DNA of 64,000 nucleotides from an uncultured cyanobacterium (GTDB lineage Bacteria; Cyanobacteriota; Cyanobacteriia; Cyanobacteriales; CAWCAG01): NCBI GenBank assembly GCA_963793425.1, contig CAWCAG010000001.1, positions 128,001 to 192,000 of the forward strand, read 5' to 3'. Shown piece by piece: positions 54,987 to 64,000 of this stretch (position 1 is its first letter; each line of letters starts with the position of its first letter). The notes under the pieces were generated by a model. It saw only the letters and a program-made list of their open reading frames with translations, ran no database searches and was not told where the DNA came from. The position numbers and the translations under genes were made by a program.

Positions 54987-55400
54987 TTATTTTTCTATGG
55001 TCAACTTAGTATCCCACTTCCTCAGATAAAACAGAGTAAAACAAGCCGCTAACATCGGCCAAGCAGCAAAAAACAAGATGTTAGGAGGCTCATAGGGAGC
55101 AAGATAAACTTTAAAAGATGATAGAGTTGAAACTGAATGGAGAAATAGCACTGCTCCATAGCTGAAGGTTTTTTTGAAACCCAGTACAAAGCTGATAATA
55201 ATTAATAGTTGAATCGCGCCAATTATGTAAATGGGAACACTACCTAAACCGGGAATCAAATAAAAGTTTTTAAAAACTGCTGCGGCGTGTTCTGGATTAA
55301 TAAACTTATCAAGAGTCCACACCAACATCACTAAAAATACAGCTAATCTTAGGGTGACTAAGGCTGTAGCTACGGGATCATGAGGATTATTGTTGGTCAC
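54987..55400 (-). CDS. DoxX-like membrane protein
   Basis: LRLAVFLVMLVWTLDKF.NPEHA, LFFAAWPM. Confidence 0.7.
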   Translation of the reverse strand: MTNNNPHDPVATALVTLRLAVFLVMLVWTLDKFINPEHAAAVFKNFYLIPGLGSVPIYIIGAIQLLIIISFVLGFKKTFSYGAVLFLHSVSTLSSFKVYLAPYEPPNILFFAAWPMLAACFTLFYLRKWDTKLTIEK

Positions 55401-55558
55401 AATTAATTATCCTGCTACTCTGAATTTACCCCCTGATTATAAAAGTTTAAGCTGACGCGAAGCTTAGATTTCGCTTAATTTTCTTCACCATAAAAATCAG
55501 GAATGCAAACCAAAATTGCATCCCTAAATCATCAAATCATTTTATTAAACTATGCAGT

Positions 55559-56137
55559 TTACCAAACTTCTTGTTGATATTCTTGAACGCAAGTATTAAG
55601 CATTCGTAAATCATTGTCACTCAACTGGTTTAGAGGTTGATAACCATCTAAGCCAACTTCTGGTAAATCAGGATTACCTTCTTTAGCCACAGTAGATTGA
55701 GACTTCAAAGCCACAGAATAAGGATAAGCTTTGTCTTCATAAGGATCAACAACAGCAATATCCATTTTCTGGGGTTCAACACTGCCGTAGAAACAACTAA
55801 ACTCAGACTGGGGAACGTAAAAAGCCCCAACTACCTTGTTGTTACGTACCTGAAAAACCAAATATTCTGCACCCAATACATCTGGTTGAGGCGATCGCCC
55901 ATACAAATAGTTGCCATTAGCTAAAGATGTTGTAGCATCAGGAACCCCATTTCTTTCTGCTTCTAAAACAGCAACCATACTCTCATACATTCGCTGCTGT
56001 TGTGCTGACTCATGACTTTGCAAATTGTAAGCAAACAAAGGAGCAGCAGTAGTAGCAACTAAACCAACACCAAGTAACAAACCAACATTGAGCCTAGAAA
56101 GCTTCTTAAAATTTGTTTCTAAAATTCGCTGTAACAA
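55559..56137 (-). CDS. Conserved secreted hypothetical protein
   Basis: Signal-like segment; GNYLYG.SPQPD.LG.EYLVF, GAFY.P.SEF.CFYG. Confidence 0.7.
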   Translation of the reverse strand: MLQRILETNFKKLSRLNVGLLLGVGLVATTAAPLFAYNLQSHESAQQQRMYESMVAVLEAERNGVPDATTSLANGNYLYGRSPQPDVLGAEYLVFQVRNNKVVGAFYVPQSEFSCFYGSVEPQKMDIAVVDPYEDKAYPYSVALKSQSTVAKEGNPDLPEVGLDGYQPLNQLSDNDLRMLNTCVQEYQQEVW

Positions 56138-56669
56138 AATATTCCCCTCACTCCCTCATATGACAACATCTATTCAAAAACTGGCTCTTCTCGATTAAGA
56201 GACATAACTCAATGTTTCGAGTTAATACTAAACTTCTTAAAGAACGGCTTTTGTTGATTTGAGTATTTTCCTCTATTCCAATTTACCCTTCTTAGAGCCT
56301 CTATGCACTCGTTAGTGCCAGTTTTTTCTGTGGAACATTACATAACTACAGAAAAACTAAGGCTATTTACGCAAATCAGCCTGGTTTTTACCCCTATATT
56401 TGGTTGTATGTTGCCAAAAATGTTTCTTAAGGGAGAGGGGGGATCACAGCCTAATCAGACTTTAGGCTGTTATTTACAGATTCTTTTGTTGAAGGGAACA
56501 ATATCTAAAAATTAATACTAATTAGGAAATGTTTATTTACAAAAATTTATCAACACGGGGGCAACTCCAGAAAATGATCTCCCAAAGTTCCAAAATAAAA
56601 CCACAAGAGTCGCCCCTACAAAAGATGCCAATTAGAGCCTTATTTTTCTTTGCTAACTTCGTCACTTAA

Positions 56670-57653
56670 CTAGCTAGCAATATACTCGCGCATATGATAG
56701 CGACGACGACGTAATTGGTTGAGGGCTTGGCTTTCTAACTGACGAACTCGTTCCCGACTCAGATTCATTCTTTGACCAACTTTAGCCAGAGAAAGTTCCT
56801 TACCATTATCCAAGCCAAAGCGTAGGCATAAAACCTCTCTTTGTTGGGGAGTCAATTCTGAGAGCATATTTTGTAAATCTTGCCGCATTGATTCTTGGGT
56901 GATATATCTTTCTGGAGAAATTCCACCATCTTCAAGAAGATCCGATAATTCTGTATCTTGATTGTCCCCAACCCTGACATCAAGGGAAATGGGCTGACGA
57001 GAAATACTCAAGTACTCGCGAATTTGGCTAGTATCGAGATCCAGCACCTCGGCAATCTCTTTGGGGGTAGCACTTCGACCTAGTTTTTGAGCAAGTTCTC
57101 TTTGAGTTCTCTTAATTTTATTCAGTTTTTCGGTAATATGAATTGGTAGGCGAATGGCACGGGCTTGTTGAGCGATCGCTCTAGTAATTGCTTGGCGAAT
57201 CCACCAGTAAGCATAGGTAGAAAACTTATAACCTCGCATCGGATCAAACTTTTCTACCCCTCTTTCCAAACCGAGAGTACCTTCTTGAATCAGGTCAAGA
57301 AATTCCATGTTACGCTTCTGGTATTTCTTGGCGATGGCTACAACTAAGCGTAAATTAGCTTCAATCATCTTAGCCTTACCACGCTCGCCTTGACGTAGAA
57401 TCTTTTTCAATTCTACTTCGCTTAATTCAACCTGATCTCCCCACTCGCTGAAACTGGGTTCACGGTCTAATTCTGTGGTTAACTCGGCTTTTTTCTCTAG
57501 CAAGCTCATCATTGCTTGAACTTGCTTACCGTAGCGAATTTCTTCTTCGTGAGTAAGTAAAGGGACACGACCAATTTCATGCAGGTAGGTACGTACCATA
57601 TCCGCTGAGATACTGGTTTTATCTGTTGTTTGGGCTATTTTGGCAGTGGGCAT
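56670..57653 (-). CDS. sigB: Group 2 RNA polymerase sigma factor, SigB-type
   Basis: MPTA..ADMVRTYLHEIGRVPLL, ANLRLVVAIAKKYQKR, YAYWWIRQAITRA, SRERVRQ. Confidence 0.85.
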   Translation of the reverse strand: MPTAKIAQTTDKTSISADMVRTYLHEIGRVPLLTHEEEIRYGKQVQAMMSLLEKKAELTTELDREPSFSEWGDQVELSEVELKKILRQGERGKAKMIEANLRLVVAIAKKYQKRNMEFLDLIQEGTLGLERGVEKFDPMRGYKFSTYAYWWIRQAITRAIAQQARAIRLPIHITEKLNKIKRTQRELAQKLGRSATPKEIAEVLDLDTSQIREYLSISRQPISLDVRVGDNQDTELSDLLEDGGISPERYITQESMRQDLQNMLSELTPQQREVLCLRFGLDNGKELSLAKVGQRMNLSRERVRQLESQALNQLRRRRYHMREYIAS

Positions 57654-58188
57654 CTGTACGTCGTGACTCCGTAGACAAAGGTATAAACTGAGTGTTAAGT
57701 GACTTATGGAGAGATGGTTATTTTTTGAGCTATTGAAAAGAACCTCACTCAAATGTTAATTTGAGCTAGATTTTGCTTATCTTGTTACCTATTTAGACGA
57801 GCCTCAAGAATAAAAGGTTCATAATTCTTAGTCGCCCGAAAGAAGTATTCTTGTGCAGAGTCTTTAAAAGTAAGTCAGACTGGGCTTCTCATTTCTCCCT
57901 AATCCTATGATGCCTCAGCGATCGCCCAATTATAAAGGTGCGGTTGGTGTGGATCGCCGCACTATTAAATAGCTATAATCAAAGTCTACTTTTTCTCAGC
58001 TAAATCTCAGTTAAATGTGGTTAACGCCACATTTCTTTGCTTGTGTCGTAGATACATTGGTTCGTAAAATGGTGCGTTAAGTGCTGAATAAAGATTTTGG
58101 TCAACAGTCCATAGTCTTTAACAGCACAAACACACCCTACAAGACTCTGATCAATAATCAGTGATCATTGTTCGGCTTGCCGTTGCCG

Positions 58189-59076
58189 TTAGGCATCATT
58201 GACTATTGATTCATCGATTTCTGCCAAAATTTTGGTAGCAGTAGTATAAAGTTCTTGGTGACAGGGGCCATTGCTAGCCATTAAACCGCCCCACTGACTG
58301 ATATCTGGGTTATTGTAGGTTAAATCTTCTCCTTCAAAACTAGTAAACTTGCCTCCGGCTTCGGTAAGTACTAATTCCGGGGCAGCAAAGTCCCAATCTT
58401 TGGGGGCAGACTTACCAGATAGGGAGATATAGACATCACATTGTTGTTCTAAAATCGTGGAAACTTTTCGCCCCACGCTACCAACAAAATGTCTGCTTTG
58501 AAAAGGTATTCTCTCCAACATCATATTTAAACGTTTGTTACGGTGACTGCGACTTGCGACCAAAGATAAGTCTTCAATGCGGTTACGATCAGCAACACGA
58601 ATAGGCTTAACAGTACCGTCGCGGGTTTCGACAAAAGTGCCACCGCTCTTGGTGGCAAAATACACTTTTTCGGTTTCAGGAATCACTACCACAGCTAAAA
58701 CCGGGCGTTGATTATGGGTAAGGGCGATATGAACGGCATATTCTCCGGTTTTTTCAATAAAGTCCCTTGTACCATCAAGGGGATCGATAATCCAAACCCA
58801 AGGATGATCTACAGGTTTGGAACCTTGGGCTTTGTAGGTTTCTTCGCTGAGATAGCCGAAATCTTCTTCCCCCAAGGCTTCTTTTAAATGTTTGAGGATG
58901 TAGTAATTAGCAGCTAAATCTGCTGCTGTTACGGGGCCTCCTTTTTTGTCATCAATTTCTAAGTCTCCTTCATTAACTTCACCACGATAGTAGGAACGCA
59001 GAATATCCCCTGCCCCCCAACCCACAGAACAAGCAATTTTGACGATTTCTGTTAAGTTGTATTGGTTTTCGCCCAC
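58189..59076 (-). CDS. cysQ: 3'(2'),5'-bisphosphate nucleotidase CysQ / inositol monophosphatase family
   Basis: PVTAAD, LSEE, WIIDPLDGT, SRSH, WDFAA...EAGG. Confidence 0.85.
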   Translation of the reverse strand: MGENQYNLTEIVKIACSVGWGAGDILRSYYRGEVNEGDLEIDDKKGGPVTAADLAANYYILKHLKEALGEEDFGYLSEETYKAQGSKPVDHPWVWIIDPLDGTRDFIEKTGEYAVHIALTHNQRPVLAVVVIPETEKVYFATKSGGTFVETRDGTVKPIRVADRNRIEDLSLVASRSHRNKRLNMMLERIPFQSRHFVGSVGRKVSTILEQQCDVYISLSGKSAPKDWDFAAPELVLTEAGGKFTSFEGEDLTYNNPDISQWGGLMASNGPCHQELYTTATKILAEIDESIVNDA

Positions 59077-59080
59077 GATG

Positions 59081-59995
59081 TTAACCTTCTCCGTTTAAAT
59101 CTCTATCTACTCTAGCTTCACCCATCCAGATACGAGTACCGAAAGATTGACAAGCTTGGCTGGCAATTTTGGCAGCGGCAGTTAGGGAGTTACTGAAGTT
59201 GTTTTGTAGGATGTAATGAGTGAAAGCACCGTGGAAGATGTCTCCTGCCCCCAAAGTATCTACGGGGGTGATGGTAGGGACTTCTATGGTTCCCTTTTTA
59301 CCAGAAGTCATATATTCAATCGGTTTTTCCCCTTGGGTAATGACAATATTTTTAATACCTGCCGCCAGTAAGTAATCCCAAATATCTTGTTGATCATGAC
59401 AATGAGGGGGATAAAAGTTAGCGGAACAGATGGCATAATCGATAAAAGGTAAAACCTTCTCTAATCCAGGTTTCCAGCTACCACCATCCATAACCACAGG
59501 AATACCTCGATTTTTGGCTTCAGAGGCGATCGCAATACTTACAGCTATTTGATGTCCGTCAATGAGAATTATCTTAATCCCATCTAAAATACCAGGAGGA
59601 TTTTTTTGAGGGAAAGCTTGAGATTTTACGGCATTGAGGGAAATTACTGCCCTTTCTCCTGTTCCTTGGGTAGTGATGGTGGAAGATAGGGGAGGAGGAG
59701 TTGTTTTATCCGGTTGAAGATCCTGGATATTAACTTTGTAACTAGCTAAGTCTGTTTTAATTAAGTTACTTAAAGGGTGCTGCCCCAATACAGCTAAGAG
59801 ATGGGTTTCGTTACCTAAATAAGCAAAAGTAACCGCCGCATTGGTAGCAGGGCCTCCAGCAGCCATTGTGCAATCGGTGGCAACAATTTTCTGGTTTGGT
59901 TGAGGGAATTGAGGGGATAAGTAAATGATGTCTAAGGTAGTTAAGCCGACGAATAAACCCTTATTTAATTTTGATGATCGCTTCTCGAAAGGCAA
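59081..59995 (-). CDS. PfkB family sugar kinase
   Basis: AGGPATNAA, DGGSWK, DTLGAGDIFHGAF. Confidence 0.92.
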   Translation of the reverse strand: MPFEKRSSKLNKGLFVGLTTLDIIYLSPQFPQPNQKIVATDCTMAAGGPATNAAVTFAYLGNETHLLAVLGQHPLSNLIKTDLASYKVNIQDLQPDKTTPPPLSSTITTQGTGERAVISLNAVKSQAFPQKNPPGILDGIKIILIDGHQIAVSIAIASEAKNRGIPVVMDGGSWKPGLEKVLPFIDYAICSANFYPPHCHDQQDIWDYLLAAGIKNIVITQGEKPIEYMTSGKKGTIEVPTITPVDTLGAGDIFHGAFTHYILQNNFSNSLTAAAKIASQACQSFGTRIWMGEARVDRDLNGEG

Positions 59996-60070
59996 CTTGA
60001 TTATTAATCCCCAATGTTTAATGTTTAATTTAGCCTACGGCAAGGCTTGCGCCAACAATGATAAATGAAA

Positions 60071-61483
60071 TCAGCTATTTTTCACCCAAATCTTAATAGT
60101 AGAATCCGCCCCCCCACTCACAATTGTCTTTCCATCAGGGCTATAAGTAAGGGACATAACCTCATCACTATGACCTTTTAAGGTATACATCTCCTCACCT
60201 TTTCTAAGATCCCAAACTTTAATATACTTACTCCAGCTACCACTAATTAATTGCTGACCATCAGGAGAAAAAGCAACTGCCCCAACTCTATCTAAATGTC
60301 CTCGTAAAGTGCAAATTTGTTCTCCGGTTTCTACTTTCCAAAGATGTATATGACAATCAAAACTTCCTGTCGCTATGGTTTGATTGTCGGGACTAATAGC
60401 CACAGATAATACTCCCGATTTACCTTTCACAGAACGAATCAATTTACCATTAGTTAATCTTCTAATTCTTAAAGCTTTTTCCATACCGCCCCCCACAAAG
60501 AATCTGCCATTTGAACTAATTGCTACAGAAAGCACCTGCGCCGAGTATCCTGTTAAATCAGAAAGTTCTTTACCTGTATTAATTTGCCAAATTTTAATAG
60601 TTTTATCAGCTCCCCCGCTAATAAGCTTCTTTTTATCGGGACTAATAGCAACACTTAAAACAGTATCTCGATGTCCACTTAACCAACCACCAAAAGTTTG
60701 CACTAATTTACCTGTACTGATTTGCCAAAGTTTAATAGTTCTATCGGCACTACCACTAGCCAAAGTTTTACCATCAGGATTGAAAACCACACAAGAAACT
60801 GCCCCAGAATGTCCAGTTAAAGTACGAATTTCTCGACCTGTACTTAACTGAAAAAGTTTAATTGTACCGTCATAGCTACCACTAGCGATAATCTGGCTAT
60901 CTGTGTTAATAGCAACAGAAGCAACTTTCCCTTTATGCTGTTTCAGTGTATGGTTACATTGCCAAGGTGTATGACTACTTTGGCTATTGTTTGCTGTTTT
61001 TTGTTGATAGTAACTCTGTTGCAGATTTTGTTCTAGCTTAATTTTTTTCGCTGTTTCAAAGTCACTTTCTGCCCGTAAAGGATAGCCCACCATTTTGTAA
61101 ATAAAGCCGCGATCTAAATAAGCTTTGATGTAATCGGGTTTTAATCTAATCGCGTGGGTAAAATCATCAATAGCACGGTCAAACTTCTTCTTTTCATAGT
61201 TTGCTACCCCTCGGTTATAAAAAACTTCCCAAGCTTCAATGGGAGTAGAAACATTAGTTTTAGTATTACCCTGACGATAAGGAGGATTATAAAATTTCAG
61301 CTTTTCGTAAGCTTCATTAATTAACTTAATTTTCTCCTCCGCTTCTGCTTTTAAATGAGGTTCTGTTGCAAATCGATCTGGATGCCAAGTTTTGGCCATT
61401 TGGCGATAGGCTTGCTTAATGTCTTTCTGAGAAGCACCAGGTTTTAAACCTAAAATCTCGTAATATTGATTGATAGTAGTCAT
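60071..61483 (-). CDS. DnaJ-domain, TPR and WD40 protein
   Basis: [20 protein letters not shown]-domain; [18 protein letters not shown]; about 7 WD40 repeats. Confidence 0.9.
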   Translation of the reverse strand: MTTINQYYEILGLKPGASQKDIKQAYRQMAKTWHPDRFATEPHLKAEAEEKIKLINEAYEKLKFYNPPYRQGNTKTNVSTPIEAWEVFYNRGVANYEKKKFDRAIDDFTHAIRLKPDYIKAYLDRGFIYKMVGYPLRAESDFETAKKIKLEQNLQQSYYQQKTANNSQSSHTPWQCNHTLKQHKGKVASVAINTDSQIIASGSYDGTIKLFQLSTGREIRTLTGHSGAVSCVVFNPDGKTLASGSADRTIKLWQISTGKLVQTFGGWLSGHRDTVLSVAISPDKKKLISGGADKTIKIWQINTGKELSDLTGYSAQVLSVAISSNGRFFVGGGMEKALRIRRLTNGKLIRSVKGKSGVLSVAISPDNQTIATGSFDCHIHLWKVETGEQICTLRGHLDRVGAVAFSPDGQQLISGSWSKYIKVWDLRKGEEMYTLKGHSDEVMSLTYSPDGKTIVSGGADSTIKIWVKNS

Positions 61484-61739
61484 CTACTAATGAAGTAATA
61501 AGTAATAGGTAAGCTGTCAGGTATCTATATTGTCTGTGGGGATAAGGTAATAGGTAATGGATAAAAGCTATAGCTTACTTTAACTGATTTGATGATATGT
61601 TGTTTGAATATGTAACAACCTAGTCAGTAATTAGTTGATTTTGTTTGAGTTAAGACCAGTTTTCCCAAATATAGAATTGCTATAGTAAAATGTTCTTGCT
61701 CAAAAAACTTCCCTATTTTTTGTCTAACTCCAGAAAAAT

Positions 61740-62090
61740 ATGCCTTTAATCAAAGTACAAACATCTATTCCTGCACCGGAAAAAGCGGCTATAGAAAGTA
61801 TGTTAAAAACTCTCTCTAGTAAACTCGCAACTCATTTCAACAAATCAGAAGCCTATGTTATGACAGCTTTTGAACCAGAAATTGCTATGACCTTTGGTGG
61901 TACGACTGAACCAGTTTGTTTTATCGAAATCAAAAATATTGGTACGATGACTCCGGAACAAACTCAAGCTATGAGTGAAGATTTTTGCCAAGTAGTTAAC
62001 GAGAAATTAGCAGTACCAAAAAACAGAATTTATCTCGAATTCGCCGATGCGAAAAGGCACTTGTGGGGTTGGAATGGTAAGACTTTTTAA
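61740..62090 (+). CDS. MIF/phenylpyruvate tautomerase family protein
   Basis: N-terminal catalytic Pro (MPLIK), MTFGGT.EP, RIYLEF, WGWNG.TF. Confidence 0.92.
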   Translation: MPLIKVQTSIPAPEKAAIESMLKTLSSKLATHFNKSEAYVMTAFEPEIAMTFGGTTEPVCFIEIKNIGTMTPEQTQAMSEDFCQVVNEKLAVPKNRIYLEFADAKRHLWGWNGKTF

Positions 62091-62134
62091 GTAATATGTA
62101 ATAGGGGCTTCGGCAAATTATGGTATCATGAACT

Positions 62135-62262
62135 CCGTCGGTTCTAATGGGGAGCAGTCATTAGACGTAAAGGGGAAAGTTCGGTGTAAATCCGGCACTG
62201 TCCCGCAACTGTGAAAGAAGCTAGGTAAGTTAAGTTTCTAAGTCAGAATGCCCGCCGATTAT
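62135..62262 (+). ncRNA. Cobalamin riboswitch
   Basis: GGTTC...AAGGGGAAAGTTCGGTGTAAATCCGGCACTGTCCCGCAACTGTGA (B12 box)...AAGTCAGAATGCCCGCC upstream of hupE/cobW. Confidence 0.92.
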
Positions 62263-62641
62263 CATCAAGTTAAAGTAAAAATTCATCTGCGAGGTATGGA
62301 TGTTGCAACTATTAAGTAAATTTTCTGGGAACAGTTTTAGTCAAAGCTACATAGTTGGTAAGCATAAACATAAGTTTCCTTAAGCAAATTCTAAAACAGA
62401 CTTCCCACGAAATAAAGTCTGTATCCAAGGTAGGATGAAAGTTTGAGATTACATAATCACAGAAGTCTAATTGCTGACTAGCGAATTTATTTTCATTCAA
62501 ACAGAGCTTGGGTATAAAGATAAATTAAAACAGTTGCCTGATTGCAGAACAACTGTTTCTTGCGCTGACAATGTAATTATAAATTTCAGAAAATTATCTA
62601 GAAGTATTAGTTCTCAACAATCAACTTTTTGACAAAAAAAC

Positions 62642-63295
62642 ATGAACAGACAAACAAAGCTTTCCTTCCTAAAAAAACTTTCGCCATTAGTTCTCGCTAC
62701 AGTTTTATTGGCAATATTCAACGGCTTATTAATTACCACCCCAGCCGCAGCACATCATCCTTTTGGTGGCACAACTCCCGACAACTTATTACAAGGATTT
62801 CTTTCTGGTTTAGGGCATCCTGTTATTGGCGTAGATCACTTCGTTTTTACTATTGCTATTGGTTTATTGGCTGCTTTGAAAAAGCCGAAAGGTATTGTCA
62901 TTCCTGTTGCCTTTGTACTAGCTACTTTAGGAGGGACATGGCTACACTTAATGAGTTTAGATTTGCCTTTTCCTGAAACAATAATTGCTGTTTCTATTTT
63001 AGGAATTGGTCTTGTTTTAGGACTAAAAAACAAGCTTAACTTAATCGGTATAATTATTGCCATAGCCCTAGCCGGAATTTTCCACGGTTATGCCTATGGA
63101 GAAGCCATTGTTGGGGCGGAAATGACTCCTTTAATCGCTTACTTAGCGGGCTTTGCTTTCATTCAATTAGTAGTAGCCTTAACTGCTTACCAAATAAGCA
63201 CAATCATGTTAAATAAATTCGCTGAACAATCCCAATTATATTTACGCTTTGCTGGCTTTACTATTTTAGGTATGGGGGCAGCTTTCCTCTTTTAA
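62642..63295 (+). CDS. hupE: HupE/UreJ family Co/Ni transporter
   Basis: AAAHHPFGG, GFLSGLGHPVIGVDH, FHGYAYGE. Confidence 0.92.
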   Translation: MNRQTKLSFLKKLSPLVLATVLLAIFNGLLITTPAAAHHPFGGTTPDNLLQGFLSGLGHPVIGVDHFVFTIAIGLLAALKKPKGIVIPVAFVLATLGGTWLHLMSLDLPFPETIIAVSILGIGLVLGLKNKLNLIGIIIAIALAGIFHGYAYGEAIVGAEMTPLIAYLAGFAFIQLVVALTAYQISTIMLNKFAEQSQLYLRFAGFTILGMGAAFLF

Positions 63296-63334
63296 AGATT
63301 ACCCATTACCTATTACCCATTACTTAATATTTCC

Positions 63335-64000
63335 ATGCACAAAATCCCCGTTACCGTGGTTACAGGCTTTCTCGGCGCTGGTAAAACCACCTTAGTACGC
63401 CATTTATTACAAAACAATCAAGGACGAAAAATTGCTGTTCTAGTTAATGAATTTGGTGAAGTTGGTATAGATGGGGACTTGTTACGTTCCTGTCAAATTT
63501 GTGACGATGAATCAGAACCAGAAAACAACATTGTTGAACTTACCAACGGCTGTCTTTGTTGCACAGTTCAAGAAGAATTTTATCCTACCATGCAAGAACT
63601 ATTACAAAGGAAGGATAAAATTGATTGCTTATTAGTAGAAACATCTGGTTTAGCACTTCCTAAACCCTTAATTAAAGCCTTCCGTTGGCCAGAAATTCGT
63701 AACGGTGCAACGGTAGATGGAGTAGTAACTGTAGTTGATTGTCAAGCCCTGGCGGAAGGAACTTTGGTCGGGGACTTAGAAGCCCTGGAAGCGCAACGAA
63801 AAGAAGATCCTAACCTAGACCATGAAACCCCCATTGAAGAACTATTTGAAGACCAGCTAGCTTGTGCTGATTTGGTATTATTAACTAAGGTAGATCAAGT
63901 AGATGAAGCAACCAGAATTAAGGTTGAAAAATGGTTGCAACAAGAATTACCATCAGGGGTGAAAATCGTCCCTTGTAAACAGGGAGAAATTAGCCCAGAA
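63335..64000 (+). CDS. cobW: Cobalamin biosynthesis GTPase CobW (partial, runs off window)
   Basis: MHKIPVTVVTGFLGAGKTT, VNEFG, NGCLCCTV, ETSGLALPKP, LTKVD. Confidence 0.93.
   Translation, partial: MHKIPVTVVTGFLGAGKTTLVRHLLQNNQGRKIAVLVNEFGEVGIDGDLLRSCQICDDESEPENNIVELTNGCLCCTVQEEFYPTMQELLQRKDKIDCLLVETSGLALPKPLIKAFRWPEIRNGATVDGVVTVVDCQALAEGTLVGDLEALEAQRKEDPNLDHETPIEELFEDQLACADLVLLTKVDQVDEATRIKVEKWLQQELPSGVKIVPCKQGEISPE

Overview
AT-rich chromosomal window from a cyanobacterium, judged from recurrent HIP1 GCGATCGC octamers, heptamer STRRs, a flv4-sll0218-flv2 operon and a group 2 sigma factor. Most of it is core or conserved content: recF, P-type ATPase, GT39, radC, phoX, trx, a hybrid kinase plus REC-GGDEF pair, mazG, tRNA-Val, pncB with a candidate NrtR box, a ferrochelatase-like protein, sigB, cysQ, and a cobalamin riboswitch ahead of hupE-cobW. 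The most notable region is a ~9.6 kb island (about 22.7-32.3 kb) bounded by two transposase remnants. It holds an eCIS-type AAA ATPase head-to-head with a ~1,650 aa DUF4157 protein that has a hydrophobic segment, a Pro-rich linker and an unannotated C-terminal domain with a nucleotidyltransferase-like GS..DYD..D motif. Downstream are small WD40 genes and broken modules (PG-binding/calpain protease, ADP-ribosylglycohydrolase). It resembles a polymorphic effector cassette for a contractile injection system whose structural genes are not in this window. A solo TnpB element carries a 51-nt in-frame GC-rich insertion in its zinc ribbon. Several genes are split by single-base indels, which may be biological or assembly errors. 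All family calls come from reading motifs by eye; no database searches were run.
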